A stretch of DNA of 64,000 bases from Candidatus Nomurabacteria bacterium (GTDB lineage Bacteria > Patescibacteriota > Minisyncoccia > Phycocordibacterales > UBA918), in the NCBI GenBank assembly GCA_020632075.1, contig JACKGH010000001.1, positions 387,216-451,215 of the forward strand. The letters run 5' to 3'. The translations under genes were made by a program, and so were the position numbers. The notes beneath the pieces are model-generated. The model made no database searches. It was not told the DNA's origin and saw nothing but the letters and a program-made list of their open reading frames with translations. The stretch's first letter is position 1. The number at the start of each line of letters is the position of its first letter. Below, piece after piece: positions 8,601 through 16,963 of the stretch.

Positions 8601-11600
8601 AATGTTCCCATAGAAAATGTACACTCGACCTTGATTTGAGCTGTAACCCGGGGCACCGATGACGAGGTCATCACGACCGTCGCTATTGAAGTCTCCGATA
8701 GTAAGAGCATTCGCAAAAGCAGATGCTGCGATAGTTCCAGTAAGTATGACATCTGCCAAGCTGTCAGATGAGCTCGCAAGCGAACCTCCGTAAAAAACGT
8801 AGGCACGACCAAGGTTGCTACTATAGCCTGTAGCGCCGACAATCAGATCGTCGATTCCGTCGGAATTAAGATCACCCGTCGCTAAAGAGTAGCCGAACGC
8901 TTCAGCTGTTCCGTCGTTTGTGTATAACACGTCACTGGTGCTTGCATATTCAGACACTAAGTCTCCATAAAACACATACGTCCGACCCTTGGAGCCACCA
9001 TATAAAAACGCACCAACTGCCAAATCATCTTTTCCATCAGCATCATAGTCTCCGACAGCGAGCGAAGAGCCAAAGAAACTCACAGTCGCCTCGCCAGTCA
9101 GAGTTACATCCGCACCTGAAGCGCCTTCTGACACCATAGCTCCACCATAAAATACATATACTTCTCCTGTAAGTGTTGTCTTGATCGACGCACCAACCAC
9201 CAAGTCATCAACTCCGTCACTGTTGAAGTCTCCGACAGCGAGCGCTCCGCCAAAATTACTCGAACTATCTCCTGTTAGAGTAACGTCACTCGTACTCGCC
9301 AAGGTAGTATAGTCTCCATCATTGTAAAAAATGTACACCTTACCTGCGTTGGAATTGTCTAAATATGCACCAACCGCAAGGTCATCTCTACCGTCGTTAT
9401 TAAAATCTCCTGTTGCAAAGGATTTACCAAAGTAGTCGCTCGTTCCCTCGCCGGTGATGTGCTGGTCGAGGTTCACCTGGCCAGATTGAGAGTAGAAGAT
9501 GTAGGTTCGGCCTTGGGAGGAGTTATAGGCATATGCTCCTGCCACCAAGTCTTCCTTGCCATCATGATTGAGATCAGCAACAGCAAGAGCGTTGTATCCA
9601 AAAAAATTCGACGTACTTTCACCGGTTATTATCAGATCTGCAGACGTTGCATTTCCGCTAATTATTGATCCACCGTAAAAAACATAGACTCGTCCTTCAT
9701 TAGTCGTCACATCATACCCAGGAGCACTTACAACGAGGTCATCACTACCATCAGCATTCAAGTCTCCCTGTGCAAGGGTAAAGCCAAACTGTCCATTGGT
9801 TGAAGATTCTCCTGTTAGGGTCACGTCTGCACCAGAAGCGCTTTCGCTCACCATCATACCGCCGTAAAAAATGTACACTGCTCCCTGACTACTACTAACA
9901 GCAATTGCTCCAATAGCAAGATCGTCGGTCCCGTCATTATTTAGGTCTCCTATCGTTACTGAGTTACCAAAAAACATGCTGGAAGCTCCTCCCGAAAGCA
10001 CAACATCCGCCGCGGAGGCACTCGAACTCGACATGCTACCACCATAAAAAACGTAGGCTCTTCCTTGAGTAACACTGTATGCACGAGCAGTCGCTACAAG
10101 ATCATCAATCCCATCGCTGTTCAAGTCTCCGCTTGTGATCGCATAACCAAAGAAATTGTTGCCAGCTTCTCCTGTGTACACTACATCGGCATTTGAAGTA
10201 ACATCAGACGAGACAGGTCCATAGAAAATATATGTGCGACCAGTCCGGCTCGTATATCCATACGCCCCGACCGCGACATCCTTCACCCCATCGCCATTGT
10301 AATCAGCAACTCCTATTGCTGTTCCTGTATTTTCACCTGCGATACTTCCTGTGAGGGTGACATCAGCAGTGTTAGCTGAGCCACTTTCGATCGGTCCTCC
10401 AAACCATATGTACACTCGACCCTCTGTATTTGACACGTCATAGTTATAGGCACCCACCAGGAGATCGTCGGTCCCGTCACCGTTTACATCACCACTCGTT
10501 AAAGAGTAACCAAACAGATCTCCTGCGACTTCGCCAGTAATGATAACCGGAGCATCGGCGGCATACCCCGTGCTTTCACCACCCCAAAAAATGTACACTC
10601 GTCCAATATCTGTAGAACCCCCATCATCGTAGTCATGTGCCCCTACAGCTAGATCTGTCTTCCCGTCGCTATTCCAGTCTCCGATTGCAACCGCCTTACC
10701 ATATTCACTATTAGTCGCTTCCCCCGTAATCACATCCCCTGAGTTACTCACCCCCGGCGCCGTAAACTGCAGCGTCGGATCAAGCGCAATTGGGTAGCCA
10801 AGGAGTGGTACATCAAAGGAGACGGAAAGAACATAGTCACCAGAGGTGTCATTTGGATCGATGGTAGAGGCTTTGGTCACCTGCCACTCATGGGTCTGTT
10901 GGTTGCCTTGAGCATCAATGGTGTATGGAGCCGGGATGATGAGGTCTGGGGCGCGGTTCTCAATATCAGCCAGCATATCAGCAGCAATCGTGCGCTGCGC
11001 TCTCGCCCAAAGGTCTTCTTCGACGCCCGGTTCGGGTGGCGTGTTGGTCGGAAGATAACGGACTTCGACCTCACCACGGTCGTTGGTGGTTAAGTGAGCG
11101 TTTGAGAAGGTGTATGACTGGGTTTCGTGACCAGTGCCGGTTTGGAAGATGGTCCAGTGTTTTAAGTTGCGGTACCCGGCAGCTTGGTCTTTCTGGTAGG
11201 CGTAGTAGGTGTGGAGGCGGTTGTCTTCGCTTGTGTACTTAAGGTATTGCGGCGACACAGCACCGGACACAACTTCGCTCAGGGAGCGCTCCGGGCCGCT
11301 AGGCCAAGTCATACTCCCTTCTCGAAGTGTGTCCGGTACCGTGTCTTCGTTTGTACCCGCTGTCAGTAGCGACGCACGATGTGGCTGGGTGGTGTTGTGT
11401 CGCACCGTGAACTGTCTGTTGCCAGGGAGCGTGATGGTGAGAGGTTCGTTGAGAGAATCTGGGAACTGGAGGGAGAGGGATTCACTAAGATCTGGTGAAG
11501 CAAAGGTAGTACTCGCTTGATTGCCATAGGTGATCTCTACCCCGTCTTTAAGGGTATCGGTGAGGGTACGTTCTTCGGAGAGTGAGACCAGTGGGTACTG

Positions 11601-11768
11601 AGAGAAGTCTTCTTCGACACGCTGTCCGACGAGATCGAATTGAGAGAGGTCGGTGGTGATGTCAGGTGCTTGATTTGGTTTAAAAAATCCAGAGAGATAC
11701 AACACGAAAAACACAACTGCTACTCCAGCCAACACAATTAACGTTCGGTACGTACCTGTACCTGGCAT
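5628..11768 (-). CDS. giant membrane-anchored surface protein with about 28 FG-GAP (integrin-alpha-like) repeats, about 2046 aa
   Basis: ORF track 5628..11810 (TTG); likely ATG start 11768 (MPGTGTYRTLIVLAGVAVVFFVLYL TM anchor); after a roughly 380-aa non-repeat region, repeated about 60-aa units FGxSLAxGDxNxDGxDDLxVGA...GRxYxFYG run to the C-terminus. Confidence 0.8.
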   Translation of the reverse strand: MPGTGTYRTLIVLAGVAVVFFVLYLSGFFKPNQAPDITTDLSQFDLVGQRVEEDFSQYPLVSLSEERTLTDTLKDGVEITYGNQASTTFASPDLSESLSLQFPDSLNEPLTITLPGNRQFTVRHNTTQPHRASLLTAGTNEDTVPDTLREGSMTWPSGPERSLSEVVSGAVSPQYLKYTSEDNRLHTYYAYQKDQAAGYRNLKHWTIFQTGTGHETQSYTFSNAHLTTNDRGEVEVRYLPTNTPPEPGVEEDLWARAQRTIAADMLADIENRAPDLIIPAPYTIDAQGNQQTHEWQVTKASTIDPNDTSGDYVLSVSFDVPLLGYPIALDPTLQFTAPGVSNSGDVITGEATNSEYGKAVAIGDWNSDGKTDLAVGAHDYDDGGSTDIGRVYIFWGGESTGYAADAPVIITGEVAGDLFGYSLTSGDVNGDGTDDLLVGAYNYDVSNTEGRVYIWFGGPIESGSANTADVTLTGSIAGENTGTAIGVADYNGDGVKDVAVGAYGYTSRTGRTYIFYGPVSSDVTSNADVVYTGEAGNNFFGYAITSGDLNSDGIDDLVATARAYSVTQGRAYVFYGGSMSSSSASAADVVLSGGASSMFFGNSVTIGDLNNDGTDDLAIGAIAVSSSQGAVYIFYGGMMVSESASGADVTLTGESSTNGQFGFTLAQGDLNADGSDDLVVSAPGYDVTTNEGRVYVFYGGSIISGNATSADLIITGESTSNFFGYNALAVADLNHDGKEDLVAGAYAYNSSQGRTYIFYSQSGQVNLDQHITGEGTSDYFGKSFATGDFNNDGRDDLAVGAYLDNSNAGKVYIFYNDGDYTTLASTSDVTLTGDSSSNFGGALAVGDFNSDGVDDLVVGASIKTTLTGEVYVFYGGAMVSEGASGADVTLTGEATVSFFGSSLAVGDYDADGKDDLAVGAFLYGGSKGRTYVFYGDLVSEYASTSDVLYTNDGTAEAFGYSLATGDLNSDGIDDLIVGATGYSSNLGRAYVFYGGSLASSSDSLADVILTGTIAASAFANALTIGDFNSDGRDDLVIGAPGYSSNQGRVYIFYGNILASTTDSAADVTLTGEALSSFGTALTAGDLNHDGQTDIVVGAWQYNTYQGRTYIFYNDGSYPTAAASADIIITGDSTNDDFGHAFITGDFNADGKDDLVIGAPGYNNGGDTGRIYFYETREDYAWEIQRSPLSDGLRVDPIMGYELKITGESASNLFAAASAIGDLNNDGKDDLVVGAYSYNSNAGRVYIFYNDGSYQTKAGRADVIIEGEAATNYFGVNLEIGDLNNDGKDDLVVGATLYGGTVGRAYIFYGGGIASGNATDADVVLTGEGASNSFGSALAVGDFNADGVEDLAVSANSYSSATGRAYIFYGGSMITENASGADVTLTGQATTNNFGTSLATGDFNSDGEDDLAVGANTYGSYEGRAYIFYGGAMISENASGADAIITGEAGNSYLGVVLSSGDFNSDGSDDLVVSAHGYNSSQGRAYIFYGGSIITENASGADVTLTGEATSNSFSLDLISGDFNHDGMEDLAVGAVGYNSSQGRAYIFYGGSIITENASGADVTLDGETGYYGRYMAAGDINNDGGDDLVIGAHLYNSNQGRLYFYTTNDWQVTGAASEDDLGKDVVVGDFNNDGKNDLAVSAAGYNSNQGRTYIFYGGVKHSTTTTSADVTLTGDSGTAFGTALTKGDFNNDGVDDLVVSATSYGSGAGRTYIFYGGSLADGDASDADVTLTGEGILGYFGHSLTTGDYNADGTDDLVVGAYGYSNGGNTGRAYVFYGGSMIDENATGADVTYTGEGTSNYFGDRVATGDFDNDGIDDLVVGAYVYSNTGRAYVFYGGSMSSANASTADVIMTGVGTSAYFGGALTVGDYNADGKDDLAVGSYRYDSFSGRVYVFYNATLSGSISASSADVILSGEASSDDNLGTTLATGDFDRDGVDDLAVGAWRSDTFTGDVYLFYGDNLHTSDAIDSGVKISGEATNSNFGISLAAGDVSGDGVDDLVIGAHGYDDSSNEGRVYIIMSEAATRAQGSFKQQGELLLRGNIKFE
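7081..7700. repeat. near-identical 84-nt DNA repeats with 180-bp period inside the FG-GAP gene
   Basis: 7081..7164 and 7261..7344 differ at 1 nt (gtaacatc vs gtcacatc); related copies start at about 7441 and about 7621; correspond to repeated protein segment GRAYIFYGGSIITENASGADVTLTGE. Confidence 0.8.
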
Positions 11769-11848
11769 GACACTAATAATAGCACTGCAACACCTGATCT
11801 TTTTCCACAAGTTAACAGTAAGATAGGGCTTTTGGAGCAGCCCGCTGC

Positions 11849-11888
11849 AGCTAGATTCAGGACTAGGACTAAAGTCCTGAATCTAGCT
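11849..11888. repeat. 40-nt perfect hairpin/palindrome AGCTAGATTCAGGACT-aggactaa-AGTCCTGAATCTAGCT in divergent promoter region
   Basis: 16-bp perfect inverted repeat read directly; between giant gene start and priA-like gene start. Confidence 0.6.
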
Positions 11889-11960
11889 AAGCGTCTGCAT
11901 AAGCAAAAATTAGTCGTCGCTTTGCTCCTCATGTTTTTGCTTATATAATGTCCTCTACCT

Positions 11961-13853
11961 ATGTTCGTGATCCAAGTAACCCCGCTTATTCGTGGCACCA
12001 AGCTTGAATCACTTTCCTATTTTTCAGGCACAGACTACGCCATCGGTAGCTTTATTGAAGTGCCGATTCGCGGAAAAAAGCAAGCGGCGATCGTCATTGA
12101 GACCAAGCCGGTCAGTAGTACGAAGACCGCTCTTAAGGCAGCCACTTTTTCATTACGAAAACTTCCCACTCAACCAGACCCAACCGTCCTCCCTGAAACG
12201 ATCCGTAAGACCGCTGACATGCTAACAAGGCACTACCCCGCCTCGGTCGGGGCGATCTTGTTTGGACTACTCCCGCCAGACATCCGCAATGGCAGTCGAC
12301 CATACCCACGCAGTGAGTTCATGCAACAGTGCGAAGAGACCACACCACAACTCCTGACAGCTCGAGTAGATGAACGATATGTAGCATATCAAAGCCTCAT
12401 CCGCACCACCTTCGCACATCGAGGATCGATCATGGTCGTAGTACCAACCGCCGTTGATGTGACCTATGCGCAAAAAGAACTAGGTGCGGGTATTAGTGAT
12501 CGCACGATCATATTTTCACCGAACCAGACGAAGCGACAACGAGACACGTCATACCAAAAACTCGCCGATACGACGACTGCAAAGCTGATCATTACCACCC
12601 CATCACACGCGTATCTAGAGCGTATCGATCTCATGACGATCGTCATTGAGCAAGCAGCCAGCAATCACTACGTGACTCGTCAACGCCCCTATCTGGATCA
12701 TCGCACTGCGCTCATTACCTTTGCTAAGCAAGCAGGACGCTCGATCGTACTCGGTGATACCGTACATCGCACTGAAGACGAAGTGCGGCGCCGTGAAGAG
12801 ATCTATCTTACTTATGGCGAAGAAGCGAAGCGAATTGCATTCACCGCGCCACTCTCGATCATCAAACAAAAGGATAAACCGCGACCTGACGTGCCGTTTC
12901 AGTTGTTTTCTGATGAGTTGGTGACCAGTGTGGAGCGGGCGCTTGAGGCGCGAGGCCACGTCTTTTTCTATGCCGCTCGTCGTGGCCTCGCGCCGGTTGT
13001 CGCCTGTATCGACTGCGGTCTTATTTTCCGCTGCCCTGACTCAAACACACCGTATTCACTAGTTCGCACAAACAAAAACGGCGAGGAAGAACGCTGGTTT
13101 GTCTCGAGTACGTCGGGTCGCCGCGTTCGCGCATCAGATGTCTGCGAGAAGTGCGGCTCATGGCGCCTGCGCGAACGCGGCATCGGCATTCAGCAAGTCT
13201 ACGATGAGTGGAAAAGCAAAATGCCGAGCTGCGACGTAACTATCATGGACAACACCACCGCCAGCACACCAAAGCAGGCTGAAAAAATGGCCAGGGAATT
13301 CTTTGAGAAGCGCTGCGGTGTACTGATAGGCACCCAGATAGCACTGCCGTTCTTAAGCCAAGGTGTTGAGGTGAGTGCGATCATTTCACTCGATGCAGCG
13401 AGAGCTATTCCAACCTGGCGCGCTGACGAATCACTCTTTCGTTTACTACTCCGCTTGCGCGAATGTACTTCAAAAGAAGTCTTGATACAGACACGTACCG
13501 AAACCGACAACCTCCTCATCCATGCGACACGCGGTGCGGTGGAACGTTTTTATGATGACGAGATCGCACTGCGAAAAATGGTGCAATATCCACCCTTCAA
13601 CATCTTCATTCTGCTTACCTGGGTTGGTACTGCTCAGTCTGCACTTGAACTCGAAAAGCCAGTACGAGAAACCCTTAAAGCCTTTCCGATCCAGTACTAC
13701 AACAACCCTAATTCTACCTACAGCAAAACCCAGCGACACGGGCTTATTCGTGTACCAGCCAGCGATAAAGCATTATTCCAAACTATCCTCACGACACTAC
13801 GCACTATTCCGCCGTATGTAAAGGTCGAGATCGATCCAGAGAGAATCGTGTAA
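11961..13853 (+). CDS. priA: primosomal protein N' (PriA)-like with degenerate helicase motifs
   Basis: N-terminal 3'-DNA-binding-like region (VIQVTPLIRG...YAIGSFIEVPIRGKKQAAIVIE), Cys-rich zinc region (CIDCG...CPDS...CEKCGS), YPPF motif near C-term; no GxGKT Walker A and DEEH replaced by IEQAA. Confidence 0.65.
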   Translation: MFVIQVTPLIRGTKLESLSYFSGTDYAIGSFIEVPIRGKKQAAIVIETKPVSSTKTALKAATFSLRKLPTQPDPTVLPETIRKTADMLTRHYPASVGAILFGLLPPDIRNGSRPYPRSEFMQQCEETTPQLLTARVDERYVAYQSLIRTTFAHRGSIMVVVPTAVDVTYAQKELGAGISDRTIIFSPNQTKRQRDTSYQKLADTTTAKLIITTPSHAYLERIDLMTIVIEQAASNHYVTRQRPYLDHRTALITFAKQAGRSIVLGDTVHRTEDEVRRREEIYLTYGEEAKRIAFTAPLSIIKQKDKPRPDVPFQLFSDELVTSVERALEARGHVFFYAARRGLAPVVACIDCGLIFRCPDSNTPYSLVRTNKNGEEERWFVSSTSGRRVRASDVCEKCGSWRLRERGIGIQQVYDEWKSKMPSCDVTIMDNTTASTPKQAEKMAREFFEKRCGVLIGTQIALPFLSQGVEVSAIISLDAARAIPTWRADESLFRLLLRLRECTSKEVLIQTRTETDNLLIHATRGAVERFYDDEIALRKMVQYPPFNIFILLTWVGTAQSALELEKPVRETLKAFPIQYYNNPNSTYSKTQRHGLIRVPASDKALFQTILTTLRTIPPYVKVEIDPERIV

Positions 13854-13925
13854 TTAACTTTACGCTCATTAAATCACGTGGTAATGTGCAGATGGTCATC
13901 TGTACGGTACTGATGGAGGAAAGTC

Positions 13926-14156
13926 ATGCTACTTGTGTACACAATTCTACATCTGCTTGTTTCAGCCATACTCTGGGAGTTGTGGCCTCAAATATTCGGA
14001 AAACGCACTGTTATCACGTATTTGGCGGTCTTATCAGGACCATCTTCTATCCTAATCGTAGGAATAGCTGCAACAGTACTGTTAACAATCGGATATATAA
14101 CATTCCTCTTCACTCCAATCTCTGCCCCACCTTGGGGAATCACTGGAGACGACTGA
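13926..14156 (+). CDS. hypothetical small membrane protein (76 aa, 2 TM)
   Basis: ATG preceded by GGAGGA SD at 5-nt spacing; two hydrophobic helices; in 360-bp gap otherwise unexplained. Confidence 0.35.
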   Translation: MLLVYTILHLLVSAILWELWPQIFGKRTVITYLAVLSGPSSILIVGIAATVLLTIGYITFLFTPISAPPWGITGDD

Positions 14157-14215
14157 GTGAATTAAAAATTTGAGAGTGGTCGACTAATCGCCGCTCTTTA
14201 TTTTTCCCTATCATT

Positions 14216-14764
14216 TTGTATAGTATTTTCATGAATAAATTAGTCCCGCAGAACCACCCTGCCCTACACACCATCGCCGAGGAAATCACCCCGGAGGAAT
14301 TTGCTAATGGCACCGTCGCGAAGATCCTCAAAGGCATGCGCAAAGCGATCAAGACCTACGACGTTGATGGCTATGCTGCGGTTGCGATTGCTGCACCGCA
14401 AGTTGGTGTTGCTAAGCGCCTGTTTCTGATTGAGGACCAAAACGCAGATCGTGAGGATCCACTCCCAACTATCGTTGCTATCAATCCTCGCATCACCAAA
14501 GTATCGAAAAAATCACATGAGGTTGGTGAAGGCTGTCTCTCAGTACCAAACAAGTATGGTGTCGTACTGCGCCATAAGAACGTGACTGTTGAGGCACTTG
14601 ATGAAAACGGCGAACCATTCACTCGTGGTGCTGGTGGCCTCTTGGCACAGATCATTCAGCATGAGTGCGATCACCTCGATGGCACCCTCTTTGTAGATCG
14701 CGCAGAAAAAGTGTGGGACAAAGACGACCGACCAAGTGGGTTAAGCGAGGCTGAAAATGAATAA
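14216..14764 (+). CDS. def: peptide deformylase
   Basis: IAAPQVGV (motif 1), EGCLSVP (motif 2), HECDHLDG (motif 3); start may be 14231 (MNKLVP). Confidence 0.85.
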   Translation: MYSIFMNKLVPQNHPALHTIAEEITPEEFANGTVAKILKGMRKAIKTYDVDGYAAVAIAAPQVGVAKRLFLIEDQNADREDPLPTIVAINPRITKVSKKSHEVGEGCLSVPNKYGVVLRHKNVTVEALDENGEPFTRGAGGLLAQIIQHECDHLDGTLFVDRAEKVWDKDDRPSGLSEAENE

Positions 14765-15638
14765 GGAAATAAAATTCGCATACTTTGGAGGCGAACCGCT
14801 TGGAGTGCCTGCGCTCGAAGAGTTGGCCGCGGCCGGCCTCATGCCGAGCTTGGTAGTTTGCAACCCCGATCGACCGGCCGGCCGCGGCCACAAACTCACG
14901 CCGCCGCCCGTCAAAATCTGGGCAGAAGCACACAATATTCCTGTCTTCCAACCAGATAGCTACAAGGCAGAAGTAACACGCCAACGACTTGAGAGCGAGT
15001 CTTGGGATGCATTTGTCGTAGTGGCCTACAATTTTATTCTACCCGAATGGTTACTTGAGATGCCGAAGCATGGCGTTTTGAATGCCCACCCTTCCCTACT
15101 ACCAAAACTCCGTGGAGCAAGCCCGATTCGCACTGCAATCCTGAAAGACTTGCGCGATGAAGTAGGAGTGACCGTGATGTTACTTGATAAGGAGATGGAC
15201 CACGGGCCAATTCTCGACCAGATGGCAATGGATATTTCTGACGAGAATTGGCCCGTATCAGGCCCGGATCTCGACCTCGCGCTCGCCCGTATGGGCGGTT
15301 CACTACTGGCCGACGTGCTACCAGCCTGGATCACCGGCGAACTCGCTCCACAAGAACAAGATCACGGCGCCGCTACCTACTGCGGTCGCTTCAAAAAGGG
15401 CGAAAATGAGCTCACGATCGATCCACTCGATCTTCCTACTGGCCAAGCAGCCTTGGCTGCTTGGCACACGATCAATGCCTGGGCTGGTATTGGCGATACA
15501 TACTTCATGCACAACGACAAGCGAGTGAAGGTAAAGATGGCCGAACTGACTAATAACGGCACGCTGCAGTTACTTCGTGTAACACCCGAGGGTAAACGTG
15601 AGATTGATTTTGATGACTACCTGAAGAGTGTTTCATAA
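14757..15638 (+). CDS. fmt: methionyl-tRNA formyltransferase
   Basis: N-terminal formyltransferase fold, NAHPSLLPKLRGASPI motif, C-terminal domain; ATG overlaps def stop (ATGAATAA). Confidence 0.9.
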   Translation: MNKEIKFAYFGGEPLGVPALEELAAAGLMPSLVVCNPDRPAGRGHKLTPPPVKIWAEAHNIPVFQPDSYKAEVTRQRLESESWDAFVVVAYNFILPEWLLEMPKHGVLNAHPSLLPKLRGASPIRTAILKDLRDEVGVTVMLLDKEMDHGPILDQMAMDISDENWPVSGPDLDLALARMGGSLLADVLPAWITGELAPQEQDHGAATYCGRFKKGENELTIDPLDLPTGQAALAAWHTINAWAGIGDTYFMHNDKRVKVKMAELTNNGTLQLLRVTPEGKREIDFDDYLKSVS

Positions 15639-15639
15639 A

Positions 15640-15672
15640 AAAACGGGCGGCCCCGAAGGGGCCGCCCGTTTC
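15640..15672. terminator. bidirectional rho-independent terminator AAAAAAACGGGCGGCCCC-GAA-GGGGCCGCCCGTTTCTT (variant of GC hairpin family)
   Basis: 12-bp stem flanked by A-run and T-run; between convergent fmt and hpf. Confidence 0.75.
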
Positions 15673-15683
15673 TTACTTCAGCT

Positions 15684-16052
15684 CTATACCTGAGCCTCCA
15701 TCATCATTTCCTTTGCTTCTCGTCCCGCTTGCTTATCTCTCGTTACCTGCTTTTCTTTAGCGGTGCGGAGCTCTTTATCGAGTTCGTCTCGGACTTCGTC
15801 GATCGCTTTCTCAAATGTTTCTTCCGTAGCTACTGCTCGATATAGCGTGCCATTGATCTGCAAATTTGCCTCAACCTGATGTACCTGACCATTCTGCTGT
15901 GGTGCCACCTTCTGAAATTCGATCTCACACGTTACCGCGTCATTGTCATGGAGATACTTGGAAAATGCTTCACATTTCTTTTCGATAAGTTCAGTCAATG
16001 CTTGCGCTTCTGCCAAATCATTGAATTTATAGTTGATTGATGGAAATGTCAT
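15684..16052 (-). CDS. hpf: ribosome hibernation promoting factor / RaiA (S30EA family)
   Basis: Length 122 aa; pattern NxKxxDLxEAxxLxELIEKKxxxFxKY...VxxEIEF...QVExNLxING typical of HPF. Confidence 0.75.
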   Translation of the reverse strand: MTFPSINYKFNDLAEAQALTELIEKKCEAFSKYLHDNDAVTCEIEFQKVAPQQNGQVHQVEANLQINGTLYRAVATEETFEKAIDEVRDELDKELRTAKEKQVTRDKQAGREAKEMMMEAQV

Positions 16053-16076
16053 AGAAATTTGTTGCTTCTTAGACTA

Positions 16077-16388
16077 TTAACCCTCACACGAAGTACACGT
16101 TGATCCACCCACATGCACCCGTGGCTTGGCCACGGCAGCTGTCGCGCCAGTATTTGCGTAGTTTTCGCGCAAATACTCGATAATGTCACTAGACTCAAAC
16201 ATCGCGACATCCTTTTCAGTATCGACGAGATACGGCACCTGTGACTTACCGGTTTTAACTTCCAGTTCAGCCAAGGCCGCTTCATCTTCGTCGATATCCT
16301 TCAGTTCTAGTGCCACGTTTAGATTTTCTGCCATTTGCATCACTCGCTGACAGAATGGACACGTTGAACGCATGTAAAGTGTTAGCAT
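16077..16388 (-). CDS. glutaredoxin-like protein (CPFC active site) with Cys-containing C-terminal tail
   Basis: MRSTCPFCQRV...GKSQVPYLVD...SSDIIEYL matches glutaredoxin/NrdH fold; extra CTSCEG at C-terminus. Confidence 0.65.
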   Translation of the reverse strand: MLTLYMRSTCPFCQRVMQMAENLNVALELKDIDEDEAALAELEVKTGKSQVPYLVDTEKDVAMFESSDIIEYLRENYANTGATAAVAKPRVHVGGSTCTSCEG

Positions 16389-16497
16389 GATTTCACTCTT
16401 CGTTATTTTGTAACCTTCCTACAGTATACTACGCAACCGCACCCACTGCCATTCAGCAACTCTGAACACGAAACACTCTCATTCTCTGTCAATGAAC

Positions 16498-16530
16498 TTT
16501 CTTGACATATGAAAAAATCAGCGCAGTATA
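16498..16530 (+). promoter_or_regulatory. putative promoter TTGACA-N17-AGTATA(TA) for lipoprotein gene
   Basis: Consensus -35 hexamer and TATA-rich -10 read directly about 40 nt upstream of SD/ATG at 16569. Confidence 0.4.
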
Positions 16531-16568
16531 TACCACAGGTACAGACAACTACCACTAGGAGGTGTGCC

Positions 16569-16847
16569 ATGTCCCGTTCTTTCGCACGTGCTCGTTTGCT
16601 GGTAGTCGTCCTACTGGCCACGCTATTGAGTAGTTGCGTGCTGTATGTTCCGGGCGTACATGTTCGCAGCCACGTACAACCGTACTACCGATACTACGAA
16701 CCACCTCGAGTCGAAACTCGCACCTACCACTGGGGTCTGCGGTACGATTACAACCGCCCCTCAAACCGCGAGTATCGAGACAACCACCGCAAGTGGCGTC
16801 GCAATCAAGAACGATACAACGACCGCTGGCGGTATCGGTATCGTTAA
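16569..16847 (+). CDS. small Arg/Tyr-rich putative lipoprotein (92 aa)
   Basis: TAGGAGGTG SD 7 nt upstream; signal peptide with lipobox-like LLSSC; mature part extremely R/Y-rich (RYRYR, YYRYYEPPR). Confidence 0.45.
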   Translation: MSRSFARARLLVVVLLATLLSSCVLYVPGVHVRSHVQPYYRYYEPPRVETRTYHWGLRYDYNRPSNREYRDNHRKWRRNQERYNDRWRYRYR

Positions 16848-16963
16848 AGAATCTGGACCGACTTATGTCGGTCTTTTTGTATGAAAAATCCCGCCGTGTG
16901 TGTTGCCAATTTGGCAACCACTTACGGCGGGTTTCATTCTGTGGTCATCCACGACCAACTTCA

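Noticed and set aside
5674-11520. Numerous 60-100 aa ORFs on both strands inside the FG-GAP gene
   Set aside because: All are embedded in or antisense to a continuous 2046-aa repeat protein. Repeat DNA generates periodic spurious ORFs.
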